From contig NC_052155.1 in NCBI RefSeq assembly GCF_902713615.1, positions 64,413,654 to 64,477,653 of the forward strand: DNA of 64,000 bases, in the 5' to 3' direction. Under the pieces are notes generated by a model. That model ran no database searches and was not told the origin of the DNA. It saw only the letters and a list, made by a program, of their open reading frames with translations. Position 1 is the stretch's first letter, and each line of letters opens with the position of its first letter. This stretch comes from Scyliorhinus canicula. Taxonomy: Eukaryota. Position numbers and translations under genes: made by a program. Positions 37,493 through 49,213 of this stretch are shown here, piece by piece.

Positions 37493-38884
37493 TCCAAAAT
37501 TCTAGCTGATTAAATTGATGAACCATCAATTGGACGCGAGACTCGATGAAGATCCAAACTGTGGCTTTAATCAGCTAGTTGTTAGCCCGGTGGTCGACTA
37601 CAGAGAAAGGCTGACCGCCAGGAAATCTGGGTACTTATACCCCGCCTCGGAGGCGGGGTCTACTTGCCTCTCGACCAATTGGTGAGCAGTCACATGACTA
37701 GCCCCAGCCAATCAGACGAGAGGCACATGACCAGCCAGAGCCAATGGGAAACCAATGCTTTGCACCAATGGCAGTGCTCCCACTCATATCACCACACATA
37801 CTTTTAGTTTCCCTGTTCACTAGGGCCAAATGTGCTCTGCTTCCTTTGCTTCACCCTGATCAGTTCACATTGTCAGCAATTTGTGGACAACATTTTATTT
37901 AAACTGCAGGGTGTAAGAACCAGCCAAAGAGCTGAAATTGTTGAATATCCTTCTCCAGCAAAATCTGGTCGACTATTTGTGTCTACATTATTCCCTGGAA
38001 TTTTCTTTTCATCTGTCTGGCTTTATACTTTTACTGCTGAGAGTGTGTACTTCAAAAGGAATTAATTGTGTGAAGTGTTTTGAAACATGTGAATTTGATA
38101 AGTTGTTATTGAAATTGAAATATTATTACAGTGTCTCTGTTGGGAAGGCAGATGGGTCGTAAGTTATTTCCCAAACTGGAAAGACATTTTAATTTTACCT
38201 TCTAAGTGCTTAAATTTCCTTCTGTTCAGTGGTGCACATGAACACATGTGGCCTCAGCTTGAGATTTCTCTGTTGCTACACTTCAGAGTGGGAAGTAAGA
38301 GGAAGGTGAGAATTAAATGTTGCCCTCCCACTATGTGATAATGTGTATCAGTACTTGAGAACAATCCTCCTGTTTCCCAAGAAGTGGAATTAACAATATT
38401 ACCTCAATGAAGAAAATCATCTTGTAAGAAGTGCATTGTCGGAAAAGTCACACTTAATATTACTGGGAGGCAATGGCAGCTGTCATTAACAGAGGGGTCA
38501 AAGAAGTAATGGATAAATCACATCAAGAAGAGGTGGAATGCACTGGCTTAGCAAATAATGATGAATGAAATAAGTTTGGAAGGGAGGACCTTTTGGCTTG
38601 CATTGAATAATTATTCTCAGAGAAATATAGTTTTCCACAAATTTTGTTATTTAATTTATAAATGAACTTTTGATAATTGGTTAGGTATCTGAAAAGCCAG
38701 ATGGCCTTGTTGACCTGAATGTCAATCCACCCCAGTTCAATTATGCCTTTGATGTGCTTTGTTATAGAAGCAAATAAAAACTGTAGTTTTCTAGCAGTTA
38801 ATGGGGTCCTTACTAAAATTGATACTTGAAAATGTTCTTTTATTTTTAGACCATCAGCAAATGGTGAGAGAACTAACAAAAAGT

Positions 38885-39620
38885 ACTTGACTTGATGGTC
38901 ATCAATCTACCTGGTGCAGATGAATCAGTCCGTGACAGTGTTGGTAGGGGTGACCACTGTACAGTGCTTGTGGAAATAAACTCCCATACTCTCACTGAAC
39001 ATACTCTCTATTGTGTTGTGCGGCACTACCACCTTGATAAATGGGATAATTCAGAAAAGATCAGGCAACTCAAAAGTGCTCATCCACGTGGTGCTATGGA
39101 CCCTAAAGAACAGTAAAACTATATTCCACCACAATCTGTAGCCACATGGTCTTACATATTCATATTGTTCGCTCTACCATTACCATCAAACTATGGGAAA
39201 ACCCCTGATACAATGAGGAGTGTAGGAGAGTATCTGAAGAACACATCAGGCATACCTAAAAATGAGGTGCCAAGCGATAATGCTCCATGCATGCTAAAGC
39301 AGAAGCAGCATGTTATAGGCAGAACTACAAAATCCCAGACAAATGGATCAGATCAAAGCTCTTCAGTTCTGCCACATCCATTCGTGAATAGTAATGGTCA
39401 ATTAATGAACTATTAGGAGGAAGAGGCCCCATTCTCATCAACCACCTTCAGCCATAAGTGCCAAATGGATGATGCATTTCAGCCTTCTTCGAGATCTTCA
39501 GCAACACAGATGCTGAAATCATTCCACATTATATCAAGAAATGACTGAAGGGTTGGACACAACTAATGCCATAGGCCCCAACAACACCCCATCAGTAGTG
39601 CTTCAGGCATGCGTCTTAAA
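38885..39620 (+). mobile_element. Old degenerate LINE ORF2 fragment (endonuclease-to-RT region)
   Basis: LDL..INLP.ADESVRDSVGRGDHCTVLV resembles the APE C-terminal 'SDH' region; a KAxGPDN-like motif lies at ~39565. Confidence 0.6.
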
Positions 39621-41009
39621 ACTAAACAATTATTATGATTTTACATTCAGGCAATTACGCTCGTTAATTACATCAGAAGTAACAAAGTATATTGCTGTAA
39701 TTCCTCCTTTGTATGTGTGAATCAGGCATTGACTCATATCACTTCATCTGTCCTTGGTGATCACAGCTATTCAGTGAACAGTGATCCACTTGTGCGTTAA
39801 GTGTTCATGTCTGCCATAGTTTGTCTGGGTATGATTTAGGATTGTTCATGAGCTTTGTGGAGGTTTGAAGCCAGGGATCTTCTACATTGGTTCTTTCACA
39901 AGGTGTTTGCTTGTGACATCTTGTGTCCCCCATTTGACATTCCAAGTTTTATCAAGGCTGAAGCCACCTTGTTGATGTGGAAGATGGCAGCCTTCGCACA
40001 GCCTATTCCGTTGAGTCATAAATTGAGACTGATGTCATCAACCTGGTGACTAAACCCCAATTGTAAAGATGAAAGTCTATAAAATGATCTATATCATAAT
40101 TCTATACACTTTCATAGTTACATAATTTTGAGGCCACTTTCTTTTTAGGCTGAACAGCCAAAACACAATAAATACTATGATGATAAAAGGCTCTATGAGT
40201 CATTCTACCAGTATGAATAATTGCAACAGGATAATTATATTGTGAATTTTAGCCTGAGCTTAGAAAGTAAGAGAAATATTACCTGTGTGGGAGATGGAAG
40301 TGTAGTTCCAAAGTGGGAGAATCTGATTCAGGGTGGGAGTATTGGCAGATGTGTATATTCGACAATAACATTGAAAGGACATGTTCAAGAGTTGAGAATT
40401 ATAATTTTAATCTAGGATGCATAAATGATCAGAATTTGAAATGTTGTTGTTTACTAATAAAGATTAAAAATCGACTTTAAGTGCAAAGCTTTGCAACCGT
40501 ACAATCAAGAATTAGTCTAACGGCAGGTGACTCAGTTCACACTTTTAGAAAGTCTAATCTGTTATTTGCACATCTCTGTTTAATGCCTCATTATTCACCT
40601 TAGATTCTAGTTACTAAAAATCCTTTAAACTTCTTTAACCTGTTACACTAAGTATGAATTATATTTTGATTAGATATTTTGCTTTGGTTAATAAAATACA
40701 TTTCACCCAAACATTGTAGACAGCTCTGTAGAATTCTGTATTCCTGATGTTTTTAAAGTTTCATCAGTTGTCATGAGTAAAATTTGATTAATGTATTGTG
40801 AGAATTAAAATTAATTCTGCAGAATTAAAGGATAGTAAAAGGCTATCAAATATTTTAACTGCACCTAACTTCTATTTCTTCCCCTGTTTGACTTCTTTAT
40901 CATCCCTTAGTTCTATTTTGACGAGCTTAATTTTAATTTTACATTATTTATTTTACGTTTAAGTACTTTGGCTCCGAATTTGCTTACATTTTGAAACAAG
41001 TTTCGGTAT

Positions 41010-41819
41010 TAGAACATAAGAACTAGGAGCAGGAGTAGGCCATCTGGCCCCTCGAGCCTGCTCCGCCATTCAATGAGATCATGGCTGATCTTTTGTGGAC
41101 TCAGCTTCACTTTCCGGCCCGAACACCATAACCCTTAATCCCTTTATTCTTCATAAAACTATCTATCTTTACCTTAAAAACATTTAATGAAGGAGCCTCA
41201 ACTGCTTCACTGGGCAAGGAATTCCATAGATTCACAACCCTTTGGGTGAAGAAGTTCCTCCTAAACTCAGTCCTAAATCTACTTCCCCTTATTTTGAGGC
41301 TATGTCCCCTAGTTCTGCTTTCACCCGCCAGTGGAAACAACCTGCCCGCATCTATCCTATCTATTCCCTTCATAATTTTAAATGTTTCTATAAGATCCCC
41401 CCTCATCCTTCTAAATTCCAACGAGTACAGTCCTAGTTTACTCAACCTCTCCTCATAATCCAACCCCTTCAGCTCTGGGATTAACCGAGTGAATCTCCTC
41501 TGCACACCCTCCAGCGCCAGTATGTCCTTTCTCAAGTAAGAAGACCAAAACTGAGCACAATACTCCAGGTGTGGCCTCACTAACACCTTATACAATTGCA
41601 ACATAACCTCCCTAGTCTTAAACCCCATCCCTCTAGCAATGAAGGACAAAATTCCATTTACCTTCTTAATCACCTGTTGCACCTGTAAACCAACTTTCTG
41701 TGACTCATGCACTAGCACACCCAGGTCTCTCTGCACAGCGGCATGCTTTAATATTTTATTGTTTAAATAATAATCCCGTTTGCTGTTATTCCTACCAAAA
41801 TGGATAACCTCACATTTGT
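41010..41819 (-). mobile_element. 5'-truncated CR1 (HER1-like) LINE with an intact ORF2 C-terminus
   Basis: KCEVIHFG...RDLGVLV...LYKVLVRPHLEYCAQFW...LEGVQRRFTR...RTRGH...FFTQRVVNLWNSLP; 3' UTR ends CCTAGTTCTTATGTTCTA. Confidence 0.95.
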
Positions 41820-42761
41820 TACAGTGTAACTGGGATGAGATTATTCCCAACCTTTCAGTCAAGGGGTTTTGTCTTGTCTGCAACAAAGTACCGAGTAGAG
41901 ATTCGTTACTGCTCAATTTGCAGGCCCACAACCAATGTTTCTCCAGTAGCACATACCCAATTTGGAGAGTTTAATGACCAGGAAACCAGCAGTAGAATGA
42001 ACATAGGATTGATTTAAAGTAACAAAAGTCTGCCCAGGGCAGTAACTATCTACAATCACAGTCCGCATTCCGACAACCAACAGGCTGGTCTCTGCTCGTG
42101 CCGACTTTTATGCTCGATCCTACGAGCGCCAGTTGGGTTGGCCTCTGCCCTCTACCAGGGAAGCTCGAATTCCACAAGTCCCGTGTGCTTCATGGGGTTA
42201 TTTCACCCGTCCTTCGCCCAAGAGTGAAAGTTTCCCCTTTGCAACCATTTGAGGAGGCCTTCTGCGTCACTTCACATATCGCTGTGCCTCTGCTTGCGCT
42301 GGGTCTGTTCAGGAGATGTGTAACAGTTTGTAGTTGACCAGAGGGTTATTGCTGGGATTTCGGCCCCAGACTCAGCATCATCCACCTGTCCGGAGGTCTC
42401 GGTGTCCATCTATCAGCCTGAGTCGGCGTCGTCCTGATGGTCCAGGCATGAGGCCATGGTGGGTTTCATGCCTTGGCGAAAGAGTGGTTCTCAGTTTATT
42501 TTTTAAAATAATTTTTATTGAGATGTTCCAAAACATATCAAAAACAGAAAATAACAACAAGAAACCAGTATTAACAACAACGAAAAGAAAAACACACTAA
42601 CCCCCAAATCCAAACCCCACCCCCAGTAACTACAAAAAGAAGAAATAGATAAACACCCGGCATATTCAATAAACACATATACACATTTATCCCCTCCCCG
42701 AAACAAACCCCCTCCCCTCCCTCTCTCCCCTCCCCTCCCTCCCCCCTCCCTCCCCTCCCTA

Positions 42762-45700
42762 ACGTGGTTCGCTGGGTTCCCCGAGCACCTAGCACACCTG
42801 TCTTCGCCCCCGAAAAACCTACTCATCCTCGTCCCAGTGATGTGGGCCCTATGCAGCACCTTGAACTGTATGAGGCTAAGCCTCGCACAGGAAGAGGAGG
42901 CATTCACTCTCTCCAGGGCATCCACCCACGTCACATCCTCAATCTCCTCACCCAGCTCCTCCCATTTACCCTTCAGCTCTTCCACCGAGGCCTCATCCAC
43001 CTCCTGCATGATGTGGTACACGTCCAAAATCCTCCCTCCTCCAACCCACACCCCCGAGAGCACCCTGTCCCGTACCCCACGTGGGGGCAGCAGAGGGAAC
43101 CCCTCCACCTGCCGCCTGGCAAACGCCCTAACCTGCATGTACCTAAACATGTTCCCCAGGGGAGCCCAAACTTCCCCTCTAACTCACCCAGGCTCGCAAA
43201 CCTCCCATCCACAAACAGGTCCCTCTAACATCCTAATACCTACCCTGTGCCAGCCAAGAAACCCGCCATCGATGCTTCCTGGTACGAACCGGTGGTTCCC
43301 CCGTATCGGGGACTCCATCGAGCCCCCCACCTCCCCCCATGCCGTGTCCATTGCCCCCAAATTTTGAGGGTAGCCGCCACCACCGGGCTCGTGGTATACC
43401 TCGTTGGAGGGAGCGGCAATGGCGCCGTTACCAGCGCCTCCAGGCTCGTGTCCACGCAGGACGCCATCTCCATCCTCCTCCATGCTGCCCCTGCCCCGTC
43501 CATTACCCACTTACGCACCATCGCTGCGTTGGCAGCCCAGTAGTACCCACAGAGGTTGGGCAGCGCCAGCCCCCCCCCCCCCCCCCCCATCCCTGCCCCG
43601 CTCCAAAAACACCCTTCTCACCCTCGAAGTCCCATATGCCCATACAAATCCCGTAATACTCCTGTTGACCCTCCTAAAAAAAGTATTCGGGATAAGGATG
43701 GGGAGGCACTGGAACAGAAACAAAAACCTTGGGAGCACCGTCACCTTGACAGACTGCACCCTGCCCGCCAGCGACAGCGGCAACATGTCCCATCTTTTAA
43801 ACTCCTCCTCCATTTGCTCCACCAGCCTAGTGAGGTTAAGCTTGTGAAGGGCCCCCTCCTCTCCCCTCCATCCCCTCCTCTCCTCTCCCCTCCCCTCCCC
43901 TCCCCCGGGATGCTGCTGCTGCCGGCCTATTTTCCTGCCGTTCTGCCAGGAAGTCCAGGAAAGGCTGCCACCGCCGAAAGAACCCCTGTACTGATCCCCT
44001 CAGGGCAAATTTCACCCTCTCCAATTTGATGAACCCTGCCATATCATTGATCCAGGCCTCCACGCTTGGGGGCCTCGCATCCTTCCATTGAAGCAAAATC
44101 CTCCGCCGGGCTACTAGGGATGCAAAGCGGGGCAGGGATAGGGGGGGGGGGGCTGGCGCTGCCCAACCTCTGTGGGTAGTACTGGGCTGCCAACGCAGCG
44201 ATGGTGCGTAAGTGGGTAATGGACAGGGCCACCTGGACTCCCAGGTACCGAAAGCTCCTCCCTGCCCTTTTCAGCGGGAGCCTATCAATCCCCGCCTTTT
44301 GATCCCCCGGGTGCACGACGAACAGCTCACTCTTACCCAGGTTGAGCTTGTACCCAGAAAAGCCTCAAAATTCCCTAAGGATCTGCATCACCTCCGGCAT
44401 TCCCCCCACTGGGTCCGCCACATAAACAACAAGTCATCTGCATATAATGACACTCGGTGCTCCTCCCCACCCCGCACCAGACCCCTTCAGTTCCTCGACT
44501 CCCTCAATGCCATGGCAAGGGGCTCAATTGCCAACGCAAAGAGCAAAGGGGACAGGGGACACCCCTGCCTCGTCCCCCGATACAACCGAAAGTACTCCGA
44601 TCTCCTCCTATTCGTGGCTACGCTCGCCATCGGGGCTTCATATAGCAGCCTCACCCAACTGACAAACCCCTCCCTGAACCCAAACCTTTCCAGCACCTCC
44701 CACAAGTACCCCCACTCAACTATCAAAGGCTTTCTCCGCGTCTAATGCTACCACTATCTCCGCCTCCCCTTCTACCGCTGGCATCATTATAACATTCAGA
44801 AGCCTACGTATATTGGTGTTCAGCTGCCTTCCCTTCACAAACCCCGCCTGGTCCTCATGAATGACCCCCAGCACACAGTCCTCTATCCTTGTGGCCAAGA
44901 TCTTCGCCAACAGCCTGGCATTCACATTTAATAACGAGATTGGCCTATATGATCCACACTGCAGGGGGTCCTTGTCCCGTTTAAGGATCAAGGAAATCAG
45001 AGCCCATGACATAATCAGGGGCAAAGCCCCCCCCCCCCCCCCTCCCTTGCCTCGTTAAAGGTCCTAACCAACAGGGGGCCCAACAGGTCTGCATACATTT
45101 TGTAAAATGCGACCGGAAACCCATCCGGCCCCGGCGCCTTCCCAGACTGCATGCTGCCTATCCCTTTGACCAGCTCCTCCAGCTCAATCGGCGCCCCCAG
45201 TCCCTCCACCTGTCCCTCCTCCACCTTCGGAAATCTCAGTCTATCCAAAAAACACCCCATCCCCCCCCCCTCCTCCACCTCCTCCACCGGGGGCTCGGAC
45301 CGATACAATTCCCCATAAAAGTCCCTGAAGACCCCATTAATGTTCACCCCCCTTCGCACCACATTGCCTCTCCTATCCATCACTCCACCAATCTCCCTGG
45401 CCACGGCTCGCTTACATAGCTGATGCGTCAGCATCCTACTCGCCTTCTCCCCATATTCGTACACCGCTCCCTGTGCCTTCCTCCACTGAGCTTCCGCCTT
45501 TCCGGTGGTCAGCAAGTCGCACTTGGCCTGAAGGTTACGTCGCTCCCTCAACAGTGCCTCCTCCGGAGCCTCCGCGTATCACCTGTCCACCCTCACCAAC
45601 TCCCCCACCAATCTCTCCCTCTCTCTCTGCTCGCCCCTCTCCCTATGGGCTCATATGGAAATCAACTCCCCTCTAATCACTGCCTTCAATGACTCCCAAA

Positions 45701-46583
45701 CCGTCTCCACCCGGACCTCCCCATTATCATTGGCCTCTAAGTACCTCTTGATACACCCCCGAACCCGCCCGCCCACCTTCTCATCCGCCAGCAGTCCCAC
45801 CTCCAGGCGCCAAAGCGGGCGCTGTTCCCTCTCCTCCCCCAGCTCAAGGTCTACCCAGTACGGGGCATGGTCCGAAATGACTATGGCCGAATACCCAGCA
45901 TCCTCCACCCTCGAAATCAGCCCATTGCTCAGGACATAAAAGCCGATCTGGGAATAGGCCTCATGCACGTGGGAAAAAAATGAATACTCCCTGGCCCTCG
46001 GCCTCGCGAACCTCCAAGGATCCACCCCTCCCATCTTGTCCATAAACCCCCTCAACACCTTAGCCGCCGCGGGCCTCCTGCCCGTCCTGGACATGGATCG
46101 ATCTAATGGGGGATCCAGCACTGTATTAAAGTCCCCCCCCAGTATCAGGCCCCCCATCTCTAGATCCGGAATGCGGCCCAACATGCGCCGCATAAAACCC
46201 GCATTGTCCCAATTTGGGGCATAGACATTCACCAGCACCACCCGCTCCCCTTGCAACTTGCCGCTCACCATCACATACCTCCCTCCACTGTCAGCCACCA
46301 CCTTTGACGCCTCAAACGATACCCTTTTTCCCACCAGAATCGCCACCCCCGATTTTTTGCATCCAGCCCCGAATTAAACACCTGGCCTACCCAGCCCTTC
46401 CTCAGTCTGACCCGGTCCGCCACCTTCAGGTGCGTCTCCTGGAGCATAGCCACGTCCTCCTTCAGCCCCTTCAGGTGCGTAAACACCCGGGCCAATTTGA
46501 CTGGCCCATTCAGCCCCCCTCACATTCCAAGTTATCAGTTGGATCAGAGGGCTCCCTGCCCCCCTCCCCTGCCGACTAGCCAT
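42762..46583 (-). pseudogene. L1 ORF2 (APE endonuclease + RT), frameshifted and scrambled
   Basis: ITWNVRG, LQETH, NVYAPN, GGDFN, ISDH; KAPGPDGF, YRPISLLN, LDAEKAFD, GTRQGCPLSP, LYADD (~44435), FRYLGV; CARC...NH. Confidence 0.92.
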
Positions 46584-47002
46584 AACCCGTCCCCTGCCCG
46601 CCACAGGCCAGCGCCCCTCGATCGGCCCGTTCCCCACGGCGGCAAACCCCCACCCCGGCCGCCCCTGCATACTCCAGTTCCTTCCTGGCCACTTCAGCGG
46701 CAACCCGGTACTCCCCCATCTCCCCCACCCCCAGGCTAGGACCCCTCCCAGCCGCGTTACTCCCACCATAGCTCTCCCATGAGCCAGCTAACTTCTGCTG
46801 ACCCCGCCCCCATCCACCCTCAGCGCAGGAAGCAGAAGAAAAGCCCACGCCTTCCCTCTGCCCGACCCCGCCCACGCAAAAAAAGACAGCACCCCACCCG
46901 CCCAAGAACCAACACACAACCAGCTTAAAGCAGCATAGAACAGCATAACCCAGAGACCCGTCCCACCAAAAGTTAACACAGTTATTTACAAACCCCCGAC
47001 CC

Positions 47003-47848
47003 TCAGTCAGAGTCCAACTTCTCGGCCTGCACAAAGGCCCACGCCTCCTCCGGGGACTCAAAATAAAAGTGCCGGTCCTTAAATGTAACCCACAGACGCG
47101 CCAGCTGTAACATGCCAAACTTCATGCTCTTTCTGTGGAGCACCGCCTTCGTCCGGTTGTACCCGGCCCTCCGCTTAGCCACCTCCGCACTCCAGTCCTG
47201 GTAGATCCGCACTACCGTGTTCTCCCACTTGCTGCTCCGCTCCTTCTTGGCCCACCTAAGCACGCACTCTCAGTCAGCGAACCGGTGGAACCGCACCAGC
47301 ACTTCCCGTGGCGGCTCATTCGGCTTGGGCCTCCTGGCCAGTATTCTGTGGGCCCCCTCCAGCTCCAGGGGCCCCTGGAAGGACCCAGCTCCCATCAGCG
47401 AGTTCAACAAAATGACCACATAGGCCCCCAGGTCTGACCCCTCCAGCCACTCCGTGAGGCCCAGGATCCGCAAATTTTTCCGCCTCGACCGGTTCTCCAT
47501 CTCCTCAAACCGCTCCTGCCACTTCTTATGGAGCGTCTCGTGCATCTCCACCTTTACCGCGAGGACCGAGGCCTCATCCTCTCTTTCGGAGGCTTGTTGT
47601 TGGAGCTCCCGGATCTCCATCCCCTGGGCTGCCTGCGTCGCCAGCAGCTTGTCCGCATTCGCCTTCAGCGTGTCCAGCAGCTCCATCTTTAGCTCCTGAA
47701 AACAGCCCTGGAGAGTCTCCTGCTGCTCCTGCACCCACTGCCTCCATTCCTCGAGGCCTCCGCTGGCCGCTATCTTGATTCTTTTCCCTCGCTTTTTCTT
47801 GGGCGCTGCCACCGCTATTTTGCTGGCCCCATTCCTGGTCAAGACCAT
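47003..47848 (-). pseudogene. L1 ORF1 (coiled coil + RRM + CTD)
   Basis: EEMENRSRRKNLRILGL, LEGAHR, RIYQDWS; one in-frame stop at ~47270. Confidence 0.88.
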
Positions 47849-48375
47849 AGACCACTGGGGATCCACTGCAGACACCTTCCCACGTCGGGAACCGTCGAGC
47901 AAGTACCGCTGGAGGCCCTTAAAAGAGGCCAAAAGTCCGTTCCTGGCGGGAGCTCCGCATAGCCGCAACCGGAAGTCAGTGGTTCTCAGTTAAGGAGCAA
48001 CATCCTAGGTCAGCCATCCTCTAGTGCGCGCACTCACTTCTTTAGGTGGTTCATATATTCATGCAGGGTCTTCCCTTAGATCTTGACCCAGTTTAACAGG
48101 CCCTGTATTCTCCAATATGACCCCTAGGAGCCAGAGTGCACCATCTCTGAAATTGTGGGTGTAAACTGTGGCCCCTGGCTGAAAACTCTGTCCTGGCTTG
48201 CGATAGTCATGATACTTTTGCTGCGAGTAAGAGTGCCCAGCGCTGAATTCGGGCTGAAGCTATGGGAAGAATCCACTGGTCCTCCTGAATGAGGCCCAGG
48301 AGGCTTTCGGTTGGTGATGATGAAGAAGTACCACTCGTATACATAGTGATGAAATATCTTTACTGCAAACCACAC

Positions 48376-48760
48376 TGTCACAATATACACCAGTATATCA
48401 TGGTGCAGACACACACTGATGGACACACACAGGGACCAATCAACATGTACAAACACCGCAGCCAATCACCAGTTAGAATACACACACTATAAAGGCAGAG
48501 GGCACCACGGTTCCCGCTTATTCTGGGTGCTGCCTCTCAGTGGAACAAGAACTCATCCAGCCCATTACAGACTCACACCACGTGCTGAGAGAATCAACTG
48601 GTTCAGACAAGGCTTTGGTCTCTAGTTTAAATTAGCATCATTTAGACCCACAGTCATCGTGTGTTAGTTAGTTAGAAGTTAGTTAATAAAATTGAGTTGA
48701 ACCTTCAAAAGTGTTGGAAATGTCTGTTCATCTCTCAAGTCTACACTAGCCAACACTTCA
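48376..48760 (+). mobile_element. Solo LTR (385 bp) inserted in the RNase H of the old Gypsy
   Basis: TGTCA...TTCA termini; 5-bp TSD CACAC at 48371-48375 and 48761-48765; CCAAT boxes, TATAAA (~48488), AATAAA (~48685). Confidence 0.88.
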
Positions 48761-49019
48761 CACACTGCCAAACCTTCTTTTTCTATCTGAGAATGGCGGC
48801 ATTCTGCCAGAGTTCTGGAAGTGAATGCAATGGGGCGTTCTGTACCATCACCCCCCATGGGACAGAACCGCCCCGATACGACGCTCAGCGGTTCACCAGT
48901 ATAAGTCACCAATCTCGCCTTGGTGTCACGCAGAGTTCATGGCAAGATTCCTCTGCGGAGTCAGCAGAAGGTCCATTGGCCAACGTTGAAAATGATGGCC
49001 CTGGGGTCCATTTCCTTCA

Positions 49020-49213
49020 TTTAAAAAAATTACAATTTCCTTAAGGTGGCAAACTCACCAATCCTGCACATCTTGTGTTGTGGGGGTGAGATCCACGCAG
49101 ACACAGGGAGAATGTGCAAACTCCACACGGACAGTGACCCGAGGCCGGGATTGAACCCGGGTCCTTGGCGCCGTGAGGCAGCAGTGCTAACTACTGTACC
49201 ACCATGCCGCCCC
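49020..49213 (-). mobile_element. Short V-SINE, A-rich tail type
   Basis: GGGCGGCATGGTGGTACAGTAGTTAGC...GGTTCAATCCC...V-domain; ends AAATTGTAATTTTTTTAAA. Confidence 0.85.

Larger units (their letters stand above)
33043..37796 (-). mobile_element. Full-length decayed short Ty3/Gypsy LTR retrotransposon with no tRNA PBS (element G1)
   Basis: 281-bp LTRs at 37516-37796 (5') and 33043-33323 (3'), about 13 mismatches; 5-bp TSD CATAC; PPT GGGGTGAA; gag ATG at 37492. Confidence 0.96.
42497..47977 (-). mobile_element. Full-length L1-clade LINE (~5.5 kb) with a rearranged ORF2
   Basis: 14-bp TSD AGTGGTTCTCAGTT at 42483-42496 and 47978-47991; 5' end GACTTCCGG; AATAAA plus A-rich tail at the 3' end; ORF1 and ORF2 present. 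Confidence 0.95.

Noticed and set aside
47003-47968. L1TD1-like host gene
   Set aside because: It lies within a TSD-flanked L1 directly upstream of ORF2 and has an in-frame stop.
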